DNA from: Octopus sinensis
Lineage: Eukaryota
Assembly: GCF_006345805.1 (NCBI RefSeq)
Contig: NC_042999.1
Coordinates: 159,898,001 to 159,962,000 of the forward strand
Direction: 5' to 3'
Length of the DNA stretch: 64,000 nucleotides
Shown here: piece after piece, positions 24,284 through 38,733 of the stretch
How the letters are laid out: each line of letters begins with the position of its first letter
Position numbering within the stretch: position 1 is the first letter of the stretch
Notes under the pieces: generated by a model
The model's input: only the letters and a program-made list of their open reading frames with translations
Databases searched by the model: none
What the model was told of the DNA's origin: nothing
Translations under genes and position numbers: made by a program

Positions 24284-26151
24284 TTAAGGGTTTCTGTGAA
24301 GGAGGATCTGATAGAAACAATTATGTTTATATAAACAAGATGTTAGTAAATTTGGATTAGGATTTTTCATTTAACCCCTATTATATAAATACATATTGTT
24401 GTAGATCGGGATGGTCATTTTTATATATTTCCTCTTTTTGGCCAAATAAACACATGCACTATATATATATATACATATATTTGTTCTTCACTCATTTATT
24501 ACTGTTCTTATTCTAACTCATGTCCATTGTCCAGAAAACTTTCTTCACACATCTGTGGCCTCTTCAGTGATATTTTTTGTTTTCGTGTATGCTCTTGCTC
24601 CACTTACTCCATTCTGTTCTTCTATGATGTGTATCCTTATGTGTGCATGCGTTTGTATATGTGTATGCTTGTGTGTGTGTGTGTGTGTGCGTGCATGTGT
24701 ATGTGTGTGTATGCTTGTGTACGTCACTGTTCTCAGCAGCAATATGGCCTTCTTCTCAGCCCCATCCTCTCACCCCATTGTGCTGCTGTTGTCCTAAAAC
24801 CCGAACATTTGATACAGTTCCTGTATCTCTCTGTGTTTGTGTGTTCATTATTCTGCTGTCATTATTTGTGCTGTTGATATTGTTGTGACTGTCCATGAAA
24901 TTTCTCGTGTGTGTATGGGTTCACTTCGTATGTTGCTTGTATCCATGCCTTTTATATAGATTTATTTATTAATATATTTTATCCATCTCTGTTTATTATA
25001 TCTATCACAGGTATGTGACAGATATATTTATTTATTCATTAATCTATTTATTCATAAATAAATTTATTTGTCGCATACCTCTGATAGCTTTAAGAAATAG
25101 AGATAGCTATAAAAAAAATAAATAAAAATGACCATCCCAAAATACAACAATATCTGCTTCAACACACAATTTCACATCAGGAATCTTGCAATACAAATAT
25201 ACAAATACACTATTTCTTCTAACAATTTTCAGTCATTTACAATATTTTCATTTCATTTAGAGTAATCTTGATTGTTACATTCATTTATATTCAATTTTCA
25301 AACAATGTTTATGTATGAAGTGCAATTCTACATTGTAGAGAGACATTGGCATTAAATGCAGAGGGTATGCGAAAGTTGGGAAGTAACGAAGCAAGCATTC
25401 TCTGCTAATGTGTAATGTTAGTATGCATGAATGACAAGGCACTAATGAGCTGAGAGTGAAGCTGGTATAAGAAGAGTTAGACGTGGTGTGCAACAGAATC
25501 ACCTACACTGGTAGTCATGTGGTGAGATGCTGTGTTGGAGAGACCCGGCCAACACATGAAAGCATGGAATAACAGAAATGAAAAAAAAAATGGTAACGAT
25601 GGTGATATTAATGACAATAAAGATGACAACAATAACGAATTAATTTATTAATCTCAAAAAAGGGATACACACATAACGAAAGGGGGGGGGGAGCAGGTGG
25701 TGATAATTTAATAACCATTTGACTCAGCTTCATGCATGGTTATTAAAGCCAAACAATATAACTCCAACCAAAACTGTTGAGTGTCACTTTCATTTGTCCA
25801 CTCGTGTGTGTGTGTGTGTGTGTCTTTCTGTGTGTGTGTGTAATTGAGTTTATATCTTTTAAAATGGTCATTTGTTAGGTTGCTTTAGGTCTTCAAACAT
25901 TCAGTTTTAACTTGGATGCAGTTTGGATTTTTAAACGGGTAAACAGAGATGTTCCTAGTTTTCTTTTATAGTATTTTGCAGCAAAAGCAATTTCAAGTTT
26001 CGTCTTATGCTTAATTGTTTATATTACTACACAGTATAAAATAAACACAACAGCACAGAAATAAGCATTAAACCCAAACTTTAATTAAGGAACAGCCTGA
26101 TAATTAGTTACACTGACCATGTATCTGTGCATGCTTTCATTCAAAATGAAA

Positions 26152-26186
<35 letters not shown>

Positions 26187-26190
26187 TATA

Positions 26191-26310
26191 GGCGCAGGAG
26201 TGGCTGTGTGGTAAGTAGCTTGCTTACCAACCACATGGTTCCGGGTTCAGTCCCACTGTGAGTGGATTTGGTAGACGGAAACTGAAAGAAGCCTGTCGTA
26301 TATATGTATG

Positions 26311-26344
<34 letters not shown>

Positions 26345-26562
26345 CTCGTGTATGTTTGTGTATCTGTGTTTGTCTCCCTAGCATTGCTTGACAACCGATG
26401 CTGGTGTGTTTACGTCCCCGTCACTTAGCGGTTCGGCAAAAGAGACCGATAGAATAAGTACTGGGCTTACAAAGAATAAGTCCCGGGGTCGAGTTGCTCG
26501 ACTAAAGGCGGTGCTCCAGCATGGCCGCAGTCAAATGACTGAAACAAGTAAAAGAATAAAAG
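26191..26562 (+). mobile_element. SINE family 1 (small internal deletion)
   Basis: Match to the other copies; abuts a (TA)n tract. Confidence 0.88.
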
Positions 26563-26879
26563 AGTAATTAGTCTAATTATAAATAAGGAAGCAAATTGTT
26601 GAGTTGGAACTAGAGTTATTGTGTACCATTTCCACATCTCTGCTGCCTTTTTCCTAGAGCCATTATCAGAGATACTAATCCTAATATTATCCGATTCAGC
26701 AATTTCAAACATTTTGCATTGTGTTAGCATCTATCACAAGAGAGACAATTAATACTTTTCAGTATCTTTTTGTTTAATATTTCCATAGAAACTGCTTTGA
26801 ATCACAATCTCTGATTATAATCAAATATAGACAAATAATTCTTTGCCTCTATTACTAGGGGAAGTCAAGAATTACCCGC

Positions 26880-26898
26880 ACATAGATATGTGTGTGAG

Positions 26899-26952
<54 letters not shown>

Positions 26953-27110
26953 TACATGTATATGTATATACATATATGCAAACATGTGTGTATGTATGTA
27001 TATAAATGTATCTGTATATATGTATATATATATATGTATATATACACATAAACATATATGCATACATATCTGTATATTCATATACAAACATATATATATA
27101 TATACGTATG

Positions 27111-27141
<31 letters not shown>

Positions 27142-27346
27142 ATCTATATATAAGTGTATATATATATATATATATATATGTATCTATCTATATGTATATA
27201 TATATGTATCTCTATATATATGTGTATATACATGTATGTATATATGTGTTTATATATATGTATGTATATATGTATGTGTTTATGTAGGTGTGTGTGTGTA
27301 TGTATATATATATATATGTATGTGTTTATGTAGGTGTGTGTGTGTA

Positions 27347-27390
<44 letters not shown>
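26880..27390. repeat. (TA/TG)n compound microsatellite
   Basis: Read directly. Confidence 0.95.
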
Positions 27391-27393
<3 letters not shown>

Positions 27394-29625
27394 TCATCAT
27401 CATTATTTAACGTCCGCTTTCCATGCTAGCATGGGTTGGACGGTTCAACTGGGGTCTGGGAAGCCCAGAGGCTGCACCAGGCCAGTCAGATCTGGCGGTG
27501 TTTCTACAGCTGGATGCCTTTCCTAATGCCAACCACTCCGTGAGTGTAGTGGGTGCTTTTTACTTGCCACCGACACAGGTGCCAGACGAGGCTGGCGAAC
27601 GTCCAGGCTCGGATGGTGATTTTTACGTGCCACCGGTACGGAGACCAGGTGAGGCTGGCACAGCCACGATCGGATGGTGTTTGTTACGTGCCACCAGCAT
27701 GGAGGCCAGTCGATGCGGTGCTGGCTACGGCCACGTTCGGAAGGTTCTCTTATGTGCCACCGGCACTGGTACCACAAGCTACAAATTCCATTCATGTTGA
27801 TCGATTTTGATTTTGATTTGATTCTTTGATTTTGATTTTCACTTGCCTCAACAGGTCTTCACAAGTAGAGTTATGAGTCCCAAGAAGGAAGGTATGCACA
27901 GGTGGACTGACTACGTCCCAGGTAGGGGCCACGGGTTATGGCCTCACTTGTCCTGCTGGGTCTTGTCCCGCACGACATACTTCCAAAGGTCTCGGTCTCT
28001 GGTCATTTCGTCGGTGAGACCTAAAGAGCGAAGGTCATGTTTCACCACCTCGTCCCAGGTTTTTCTGGGTCTACCTCTTCCACAGGTTACCTCAACCGCT
28101 AGGGTGTGGCACTTTTTCACACAACTATCTTCATCCATTCTTACCACGTGTCCATACCAGCGTAGACGTCTCTCTTGCACACGACATCTGATGCTTCTTA
28201 GGTTCAACTTTTCTCTCAAGGCACTTACACTCTGTCGGGTACGAACACTGACATTACACATCCATCGGAGTATACTGACTTCATTTCTTGCGAGCTTACG
28301 CATATCCTCAGCAGTCACAGCCTATGTTTCACTGCCATGTAGCATGGCTGTTCATTCTGAACTTTGCCCAGGCTATTCTTACTCTAGCAGTTACACTTTT
28401 GGCACACCCACCCCCACTACTGACTTGATCACCTAGGTAACGGAAACTATCAACTATTTCTAGTTTTTCTCCCTGGAATGTGGCGGAAGACGGTCTCTGT
28501 GCATTTTCAGTGTTTATTGCACCAGAGCATCTGCCACATACAAAAACTATATTCTTAGTTAGCCTTCTTTTGACATTGCTGCACCTCTTATGTGTCTATA
28601 ACTTACACTTGGTGCATCTTATAGAGTTCCTACCTACGCCTTTTCTACAGATCGAGCAGGGCCATCTACCTGAAGGCGTTTGAGATTTGTCTACCTTCCT
28701 ACTTATTAGGACTTTGGTTTTAGCTAGATTGACTCTAAGGCCCTTCGATTCTAATCCTTGCTTCCACACCTGAAACTTCTCCTCCAGTTCTGATAGTGAT
28801 TCAACAATTAGAGCAAGGTCATCAGCATAGAGGAGCTCCCAGGGGCATCCTGTCTTGAATTCCTCCGTTATTGACTGGAGGACTATGACAAATAGGAGGG
28901 GGCTGAGGACTGAGCCTTGGTGGACCCCAACCTCCACCCGGAATTCTTCACTATACTCAATGCCAACCCTCACCTTACTAACAGCGTCCCTGTACATGGC
29001 ACGCACAGCTCTCACTAACCATTCATCTATCTCTAGTTTCCACATTGATCACCAGATAAGGGAACGGGGGACCCTGTCAAAGGCTTTCTCCAAGTCAACG
29101 AAAGCCAGGTACAGAGTTTTATCTTTGGCTAGGTATTTCTCCTGCAGCTGTCTCACCAGAAATATGGCATCGGTGGTGCTTTTCTCTGGCACGAAACCAA
29201 ACTGCATCTCGTCCAGGTTGACTCTCTCTCTAATCAGTTGGGCTATGACCCTTTCCGTAACCTTCATTACCTGATCCAACAGCTTGATACCTCTGTAATT
29301 ACTTGTATCTAGGGCGTCACCTTTACCTTTGTAGCAGTTGACTATTATGCTACTACACCAGTCATTGGGTACGACTCCTGGTTAACTATACGGGTGACTA
29401 GGCTATAGCCGACACTGCCAGATATTTTGAGCATCTCAGCAGTAATTCCTGATGGGCCTGGGGCTTTCCCTGTCTTCATGCTTTTAATTGCCTTAACTAC
29501 CATGGAACTGTCAACTCGGATAGCTGGTCCCTCTATTGGGTCGACATTCGACAGACTCTCTTCATCCCATTCATTCTTTTTGTTGAGCAACCTTTCATAG
29601 TGGAGCAACCTTTCATAGTGGAATA

Positions 29626-29630
<5 letters not shown>
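27391..29630 (-). mobile_element. RTE-clade LINE, 5'-truncated (RT, PHD-like finger, C-terminus, repeat-bearing 3'UTR, (TGA)n tail)
   Basis: KAPGPSG, Q.GF.P.KST.DAIF, FVDLEKAFD, GVHQGSVLSPLLF, LYADD, FRYLG, RLRWYGHV..M, GRGRPRKTW; stops and small deletions. Confidence 0.95.
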
Positions 29631-29669
<39 letters not shown>

Positions 29670-29884
29670 TACATATATTTTTTAGTATATTATTATTATT
29701 AATATAAGGAAAGCAATACTAAAACTCCTCAGAAAGATATGCCCATGCAAAAATAGTTGTTGTATTAAAAATACATAAATAAATATAAATATATATAAAT
29801 ACATGCAAATATGTATAAGTATAAACACAATGTATGAATATATATAATAGATTAAGAGTTATGAATTAAGCATCTTACCGGCTT

Positions 29885-30137
29885 CCGTGCCGGTGGCACG
29901 TAAAAAGCACCAATTCAATCGTAGCCGTTGCCAGCCACACCTGGCACCTGTGCCGGTGGCACGTAAAAAGCACCTACTACACTCACAGAGTAGTTGGCAT
30001 TAGGAAGGGCATCCAGCTGTAGAAACACTGCCAGATCAGACTGGAGCCTGGTGCAGCCTTCTGGATACCAGATCTCTGGTCGAACCATCCAACCCATGCT
30101 AGCATGGACAACGGACATTAAACAATGATGATGATGA
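29885..30137 (+). mobile_element. RTE 3'UTR-derived element
   Basis: gtgccggtggcacgtaaaaagcacc units followed by an aatgatgatgatga tail. Confidence 0.85.
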
Positions 30138-30800
30138 TATATATGGATATATATATAAGCATATATATATACACACACACGCACATATACATATATACAC
30201 ACACACGCACATATACATATATACACACACATATATACATATATATACATATATATAAACACAAATATATATATACGTATATAAACACATACATATATAT
30301 ACGTATATATATAAACACATATGTGTGTATATATACATATATATACACACACACAAATATATGTATATATACACATATATATATGAACATATATATATAT
30401 ATACATTTACTTCAGGACAGGTAACCACTCTTAGTCGTGGTTCATGACTGATCATACGTGTACTGAGGCTTGCTAATGGATTTTATACTTAGATATCACT
30501 GGGGTACTTATGTGTACACGTGATTTTTCCTTCAGTTTTTTTTCCATGGCTGCTTGTAAGTATCACATTTATTTCTTGCCACATTCTCTACTGAAGAGGG
30601 GAAGAATCTGTTGGATTGATCCTGAAATTCATTCAGTATAGTAATAATGAATTTTTTTTTAATTCTGTTACCTTGCCTTCCTCAATTTCAGCATGACATG
30701 TATTCATGGTGAATGTATATTGTATGAGGTGAGTGATGATTTAAAGTCTATTCTCAGCATATTGGCATAGAAACCTTTTCTTTGGCCCTGGTTTTTAATC

Positions 30801-30845
<45 letters not shown>

Positions 30846-30972
30846 TACATACATGCATATATATATATATACATATATACATATATGCATACATATATAT
30901 ACATACATGCATATATATATACATACCTATACCTATAACTATACACATATATACATATACATACATATGTAC

Positions 30973-31005
<33 letters not shown>

Positions 31006-31355
31006 CAAACATACATATATACATACATATATACATACATATATATATACATATATACATACATATATACATACATACATATATACATATATACATACAT
31101 ACATACATACATATATACATACATACATATATACATACATATATACATACATATATACACACATATATACATACATACATATATATATACATACATATAT
31201 ACATACATATATACATACATACATATATACATACATATATACATACATACATATATACATACATATATATATACATACATATATACATACATACATATAT
31301 ACGTACATACATATATACGTACATACATATATACGTACATATATACATACATATG

Positions 31356-31388
<33 letters not shown>

Positions 31389-31390
31389 TT
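30138..31390. repeat. (CA/TA)n and (TACA)n microsatellites separated by about 390 bp of other sequence
   Basis: Tracts at ~30138-30405 and ~30800-31390. Confidence 0.9.
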
Positions 31391-31394
31391 ATTT

Positions 31395-34135
31395 ATCTTT
31401 ATTTTATTTTATTTTATCTAATTTCAGCTCACGAGCTGTGGCCATGCTGGGGCACCACCATTCGGTGTTGCTACATGATTTTACTTCACAAATCCTTTTT
31501 AGCAATTGACATTCGGTGCCTGAGAGAGTTTGATGCAGCTGCACCTCCTGCTGTGAAGTTGGTTCATCTGGGACACCTGACAGGAAGAGGTTCAGCTTTA
31601 TTTTAAAGACATCTGCATCCACCCCATACAGGTCTCTCAGGTCCTTCAGGAGGATATTGAAGAGCTGTGGACCTCTGAAGCCCAGGCTATCACAGTATCT
31701 TGTCCTACATCTTGATGGCAAATTTGGAGTCCTTGGCACTATGCAGTGGCGCCCAGTTCCAGTATTTGTGTAACTCTCGATGCCAAAGTTTGGGACAAGT
31801 CCTTCCAGGATCATTCAGATGTATATTATGGTATATCTTTCTCACCTACGCTCTGAGGAATAGAGTCTTAATCTCTTGAGTCTTTCCCAATAGCTTATAT
31901 GCTGCACAGAGGCTATTTTCTTTGTGTAGCTTCGTTGGATTGCCTCAAGTTCTGTGATTAACTTGACACTGGATGGTGACCATAGCTGAGAGCAATAGTC
32001 AAAGTCACTTGGGACAAGTGTCCTCCAGAGGACCATCATGGTTTCCTGGTCTCTTGTTCTAAAAGCTCTAAGAATCCATCCAGTCAGCCGCCTACATTTC
32101 ACTGCCAATTTAGCAACATGCACATGAAAGGTTGCATCATTACTCATGTAAATACCCAGGTCTCACACTGATTGTGCCTCTGGGATTGCAATCCCTCCAG
32201 GTCCAGTGTATTTATTGGGTATTGCATTTAGTTTTGCATGCTGATAGCATAAAGCTTGAAACTTTTCAGCATTGAACTGCATGCTATTCATTTCAGCCCA
32301 CTTGTATATTTTGTCCAGCTCACGTTGCAGGTGCATAGTGTCTTCAGGGTTCTGTATTACCTGTGAAACATTTGTATCATCTGCATAACTTGTGATAATG
32401 GCTCTCTGCGTGGCTGAGGGCATGTCCGAGAGGGCCATTATGAACAGTAGTGGTCCCAAAACAGTGCCTTGCGGAAAACCGCTCACTATTTGCGTGTTAT
32501 TGGAGGTGGCCCCATTGGCTACTACCACCTGACTTCTATCCTTCAGAAAGTCATGAAGCCATTCTCCCAATTTTCCAACTATGCCAAGATCACGCAGTTT
32601 GTGACATATCATTCCATGATCGACTTTATCAAAGGCCTTTGCAAAGTCGAGATATATGACTTCCACATTTGAGTGTTGTTTCAGCACCCAGTCATAGTGT
32701 TGTAGGAGATGAGTTAGGCAGCTTCTTCCTGGTCGGAAACCATGTTGGTTGTCAGGCAGCAAGTTATTTTCTTCAAGGAAGGCGATTAGTTTCCTTCTGA
32801 CTATTCATTCCATGACCTTGCTGATGTGTGAGATCAGAGATATAGGTCTGTAGTTCTTGGCCTCCGCTCTGCTACCTCCTTTGTGAATAGGGCATATTTT
32901 ACCCTCGTTCAGTTTTCTTGGAAGTTTGCCAGTTGCAAGAAAGCTCTGAAAGAGGAACTGCAGTGGTCTTGCTAGGACTCTTTTATATACTTTTAGAAGG
33001 ATTGCTGGGAATCCATCGGGGCCAGTAGCTGAGTTTGGGTTCATTTTATCTATAGCCCTTATTACATCGTCTTCCTTCATATTGATGTAATCAATCATTG
33101 TTGCCTCTGATTTTATATCTGCAGTGGTAAAGAAGTCAGTTAGATTGCTGACTTGAAAATGCCCTAGGGGTGGAGTGAAAATACTTTTGAATTGCTCATT
33201 TAGTATTTCACTTCTCCTCATTGGATTTCCTGTGAGTGTACCATCTTTTTCAAGGAGTAGCCCTATCCTACAGTTCACCATAGCTGTTTCTTTAGCAAAC
33301 TTGTAGAAAGCTCTGGGGCTAGATTTTATGTTGTCTATAGCCCAGGCTTCTTTGTCTGCTCTTTCTTTTTCATGGGAGAGTTGCAGACATTTTTCAATTT
33401 CCAGCAGTTTTATTTTCAGGCGGGACTTTTCACTGCTTTCAATTTGTTTGTTTAGGCGATTTGAAACTTTTGTATGCCGTCTCATAAGAATTTTCCTCTC
33501 TCTGGGGATTTTGTTCTTGTGTACAGTGGTCTTTCTCTCTGGGACACATTTGTAGCATATGGCTTACATCACAGACATGAATTGTTGAAGTTTCATGTCA
33601 ATGTCTGGTGAGGAGAGACATTTAGGCCAGTTTTGTTTGAGGATCTCTTTCTCAATTTGTTTCCAGTTTGCCTTATGGAAGTTCAAGCTGGAAAGATTCT
33701 GAGAGTTTCTTGTAGGCTGCATGTCCATGCTTTCCTTTGGCCCGTACATGGTCAACTCTACCATGTTGTGATCCGAGAGTAGTGTCGGTGTCACTTTCAC
33801 ATTATGGATAAGATCCATATTATTTGTGAAGCAGAGATCCAGTATGTTACCTGCCCTGGTTGATTGGAGTATTATTTGCTCCATGTACAGAGTGTTGATG
33901 AGGTTCAGGAGGGACCTCGCCTGTCCTCGTTTGCATTGTGTCATTGCTGGGAGAGAAAGGCCCTCGGGCCATCTGACATTGGGTAGATTGAAGTCTCCCA
34001 CAAGAAGTACACTTATGTGTTGTTCTAATGTGACGAGAACTTCTATTTTTGTAAGGCAGTCTTCAAACTTGCCTCTATGACTTGGAGCATCTGGAGGGCG
34101 ATATGTAGCACATATAACTACACTGAGTTGCCTCA
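31395..34135 (-). mobile_element. CR1-group LINE (endonuclease C-half + RT + 3' tail), frameshifted
   Basis: VLLVGDFNLP, TRAGNILDLCFTN, GPDGFPA, YRPISLIS, QHGFRPGRSC, YLDFAKAFDKVDH, PQGTVLGPLLF, YADD, YWERLKRLRLYS; (AAAAT)n-like tail at ~31395. Confidence 0.93.
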
Positions 34136-34136
34136 A

Positions 34137-34516
34137 AACATCAAAAATAAAATCGATCAACATGAATGGAAATATAGCTGTGATACCAGTGCCGGTGGCA
34201 CATAAGAGAACCATCAGAAAGTGGCTGTTGCCAGCGCCGCCCCGACTGGCACCATCCGATCGTGGCCGTTTGCCAGCCCCGCCTGGCCTCCATGCCGGTG
34301 GCATGTAAAAAGCACCATCCAACCGTGGCCGTTTGCCAGCCTCGTCTGGCACCTGTGCCGGTGGCACGTAAAAAGCACCCACTACACTCATGGAGTGGTT
34401 GGTGTTAGAAACGTTGCTAGATCAGATTGGGTCTGGTGCAGCCTTCTGGTTTCCCAGACCCCAGTTGCACCGTCCAACCCATGCCAGCATGGAAAGCAGA
34501 CGCTAGACGATGATGA
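34137..34516 (+). mobile_element. RTE 3'UTR-derived element joined head-to-head to the CR1-group LINE
   Basis: Sequence matches the RTE 3'UTR at 27391-27830; (GAT)n tail at ~34509-34516. Confidence 0.87.
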
Positions 34517-34726
34517 TATACACACATATATACATACATATATACACATATATACATATATACACATATAATACACATATATACACATATACACACATAT
34601 ACATATACATATATATATATATATATTTTATATACATATACACATATATACATATACATATATATATATATACACACACACACACATATACATATACATA
34701 TATATATATATATATATACACCACAC

Positions 34727-34777
<51 letters not shown>

Positions 34778-34932
34778 TATACATATATATATATATATAT
34801 ATACATATATACACACACACATATACATATATATATATATATATACATATATACACACACACATATACATATATATATATATATACATATATACACACAC
34901 ACATATACATATATATATATACATATACACAC

Positions 34933-34964
<32 letters not shown>

Positions 34965-34965
34965 A

Positions 34966-34998
<33 letters not shown>

Positions 34999-35003
34999 CA
35001 TAT

Positions 35004-35036
<33 letters not shown>

Positions 35037-35081
35037 CACGCATATACATATATATATATATATACATATACACGCATATAC

Positions 35082-35134
<53 letters not shown>

Positions 35135-35151
35135 CATATACACGCATATAC

Positions 35152-35204
<53 letters not shown>

Positions 35205-35338
35205 CATATACACACATATACATATATATATATACACACACCACACACACCCACATATATATATATATACATATACACACACACACATATATATATATAT
35301 ATACATATACACACATATACATATATACATATACACAC

Positions 35339-35384
<46 letters not shown>

Positions 35385-35598
35385 TATATACATATACACA
35401 TATACATACATATATATATATATATATATACATATACACACATATACATTATGCATTGTTATAAATCTGTCTAATAAAGGCCCGAAACATATGTACCGCT
35501 GAATCCTTGGCATCATGTTTTTATTTTCATCAATTTATGTATATATATATGTATATGTGTGTATATGTATATATATATATATATATACATATACACAC

Positions 35599-35643
<45 letters not shown>

Positions 35644-36718
35644 TACACACATATACATATATATATATACATATACATATACACACATATACATATATAT
35701 ATATATAAATCCTTAAATCCTTAAAAATGTTTTAGCCCAAAGGCCGCGGCCATGCTGGGGCACCACCGCTGAATGAGCTACACTAGTTTGTGAATCCACC
35801 TCTGATACGTGGACTTGATCAACAAGGGAGTTCGATGCTGCTGCCCGCATCTGTGTCTCCTGTCGTGAGGTAGGTTCATCTGGGACTCCCAACAAGAAGA
35901 GATCCAGTTTAGTTTTAAGAAGAAACCCACACCCACACCATGTAAGTCTCTCAGGCATTTAGGGAGGATGTTAAAAGAGCTGTGGTCCTCTGAAACCCAA
36001 GCTGTTGCAGTATCTGGACCTGTATTTTGATGGTGATATATATATATATTATATATATATATTATATACATATAATATATATATATTATATATATATATA
36101 TATATACATATACACACATATACCCCTCTCTCTCTTTCGGAGAGGCACAAGCACCTACACGGCATATATGCACACACGGCATAGTAAACTTCCATATATA
36201 ATTTCAATCACAAAGCTCCGGTCAGCTCGGGGCTATAGTGGAAGACACCTACCCGATAGTGCCACGCAGTGGGACTGAACCCGAAACCATGTAGCTAGAA
36301 AGCAAGCTCCCATACATATATATATATATACATATAACACACATATACATAATATATATATATATATACTATAATATATATATATACATATACACACATA
36401 TACATATATATATACATATACACACATATACATATATATATATATATATACATATACACACATATACATATACACACATATACACACATATACATATATA
36501 CACATATACACACATATACATATACACACATGTACATATATATATACATATACACACATATACATATATATATACATATACAACAATACTACATATATAT
36601 ATATATATACATATATACATATACACACATATACATATATTATATATATATACATACATAAATATACACACATATACATATATATATATATATATACATA
36701 CATACATATAGACACATA

Positions 36719-36749
<31 letters not shown>

Positions 36750-36834
36750 GATATATATATATACACAAACATATACATATATATATATACACACACACAT
36801 ATACATATATATATATATACACACACACATATAC

Positions 36835-36865
<31 letters not shown>

Positions 36866-38075
36866 TATACATATATATATATATACACACACACATATAC
36901 ATATATATATACACATATACATATACATATATATATATATACACACACACATATACATATATATATACACATATACATATACATATACATATACACACAT
37001 ATACATATACACACATATACATATACACACATATACATATACATATACACATATATATACACACATATACATATATATATACACACATATACATGTACAT
37101 ATATATATACACACATATACATATATATATACACACATATACATATATATATATATATACACACATATACATATATATATATACACACATACATATATAT
37201 ATACACACATACATATATATATATACACACATATATACATATATATGCACATATATATATACACATATATACACATATATACATACACATATATACATAT
37301 ATACATACACATATACATATATACATACACATATACATATATACATACACATATACATATATACATACACATATACATATATACATACACATATACATAT
37401 ATATATATACACATATACATATATATATACACATATACATATATATATATACACATATACATATATATATATCTATATACACATATATATATACACATAT
37501 ATATATACACATATATATATATATACACACATGTATACATGTATACATATATATATATACACATATATACATATATATATACCCATATATACATATATAT
37601 ATATACACATATATACATATATATATATACACATATATACATATATATATACACATATATACATATATATATACACATATATACATATATATATACACAT
37701 ATATACATATATATATACACATATATACATATATATATACACACATATACATATATATATACACACACATATATACATATATATATACACACATATATAC
37801 ATATATATATATACACATATACATATATATATATACACATATACATATATATATACTCACATATACATATATATATATATACACACATATACATATACAC
37901 ACTTATACATATATATATACACACATATACATATATATATACATATATATACATATATACACATATATACACATATATATATACACATATATACACATAT
38001 ATATATACACATATATACACATATATACATATATATACACATATATACATACACATATACATATACACATATACA
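34517..38075. repeat. Very large (TA/CA)n compound microsatellite field (main tracts ~34517-35450, 35535-35708, 36036-36120, 36310-38075)
   Basis: Read directly; source of the long Y/I/M/C/V ORFs. Confidence 0.95.
35713..36030 (-). mobile_element. CR1-group LINE 3' fragment
   Basis: LDLFLLGVPDEPT..QE matches the 31404-31814 C-terminus; same tail motif. Confidence 0.82.
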
Positions 38076-38252
38076 TAATAAATATTAGGGAATAAATCCA
38101 AATTTACAGGGGAAAAATCAGATTTAGGATTAAATCCAATTTTATAGTAAAATATTATATAATATTATTAGAGACAAAACCACTATTTTGCAAAACAATC
38201 AAGGAAAGACTTAATCAATACATAAAATTTTAATAAAAAGTTTAAAAAACCG

Positions 38253-38295
38253 CCACTACAATTGTTTCATGTCTTGAACGACAATCTTCAGGTGG
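38253..38295 (-). ncRNA. Minimal type I hammerhead ribozyme fold
   Basis: CCAC-CUGAAGA-U-UGUC(GUUCAA)GACA-U-GAA-AC(AAUU)GU-A-GUGG: palindromic ACAAUUGU stem III, GUA triplet, U.U juxtaposition at the base of stem II. Confidence 0.65.
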
Positions 38296-38512
38296 ATTTC
38301 AAATCAGTTTCAATTTATGAAACTGATTTGAAAATCGGAAATCCATTACTGCTTCTAATATTTTTTAAACTATCTTAACACTGATTAATACAATAATATA
38401 TTATATATTATAGTCTATATTTTACATATCCGTATGTCATATATTATACATATTATTAAACACTGGTATATGGATATATATTATTAAACACTGGTATATG
38501 GATATATACCAT

Positions 38513-38702
38513 AGGCACAGGAGTGGCTATAGGCACAGGAGTGGCTGTGTGGTAAGTAGCTTGTTTACCAACCACATGGTACCGGGTTCAGTACCACTGC
38601 GTGGCACCTAGGGCAAGTGTCTTCTACTATAGCCTCGGGCCGATCAAAGCCTTGTGAGTTGATTTGGTAGACGGAAACTGAAAGAAGCCCGTCGTATATA
38701 TG

Positions 38703-38733
<31 letters not shown>

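Noticed and set aside
30586-30641. Hammerhead-like ctcta-CTGAAGA-G-GGG...CCT-GAAAT (plus)
   Set aside because: Stem III and stem I cannot be closed in register.
33564-34391. 275-aa ORF as a single gene
   Set aside because: Chimera of an antisense RTE 3'UTR and the CR1 endonuclease.
35468-35498. Hammerhead-like CTAATAA-A-GGCCC-GAAAC-ATAT-GTA (plus)
   Set aside because: Palindromic stem III and GUA are present, but the core is mutated at G5 and G8 and stems I and II are not convincing; at best a dead relic.
26843-38101. Long ORFs of 200-622 aa rich in Y/I/M/C/V/H/T
   Set aside because: Translations of (TA/CA/TG)n microsatellites, which lack stop codons in most frames; no coding signal.
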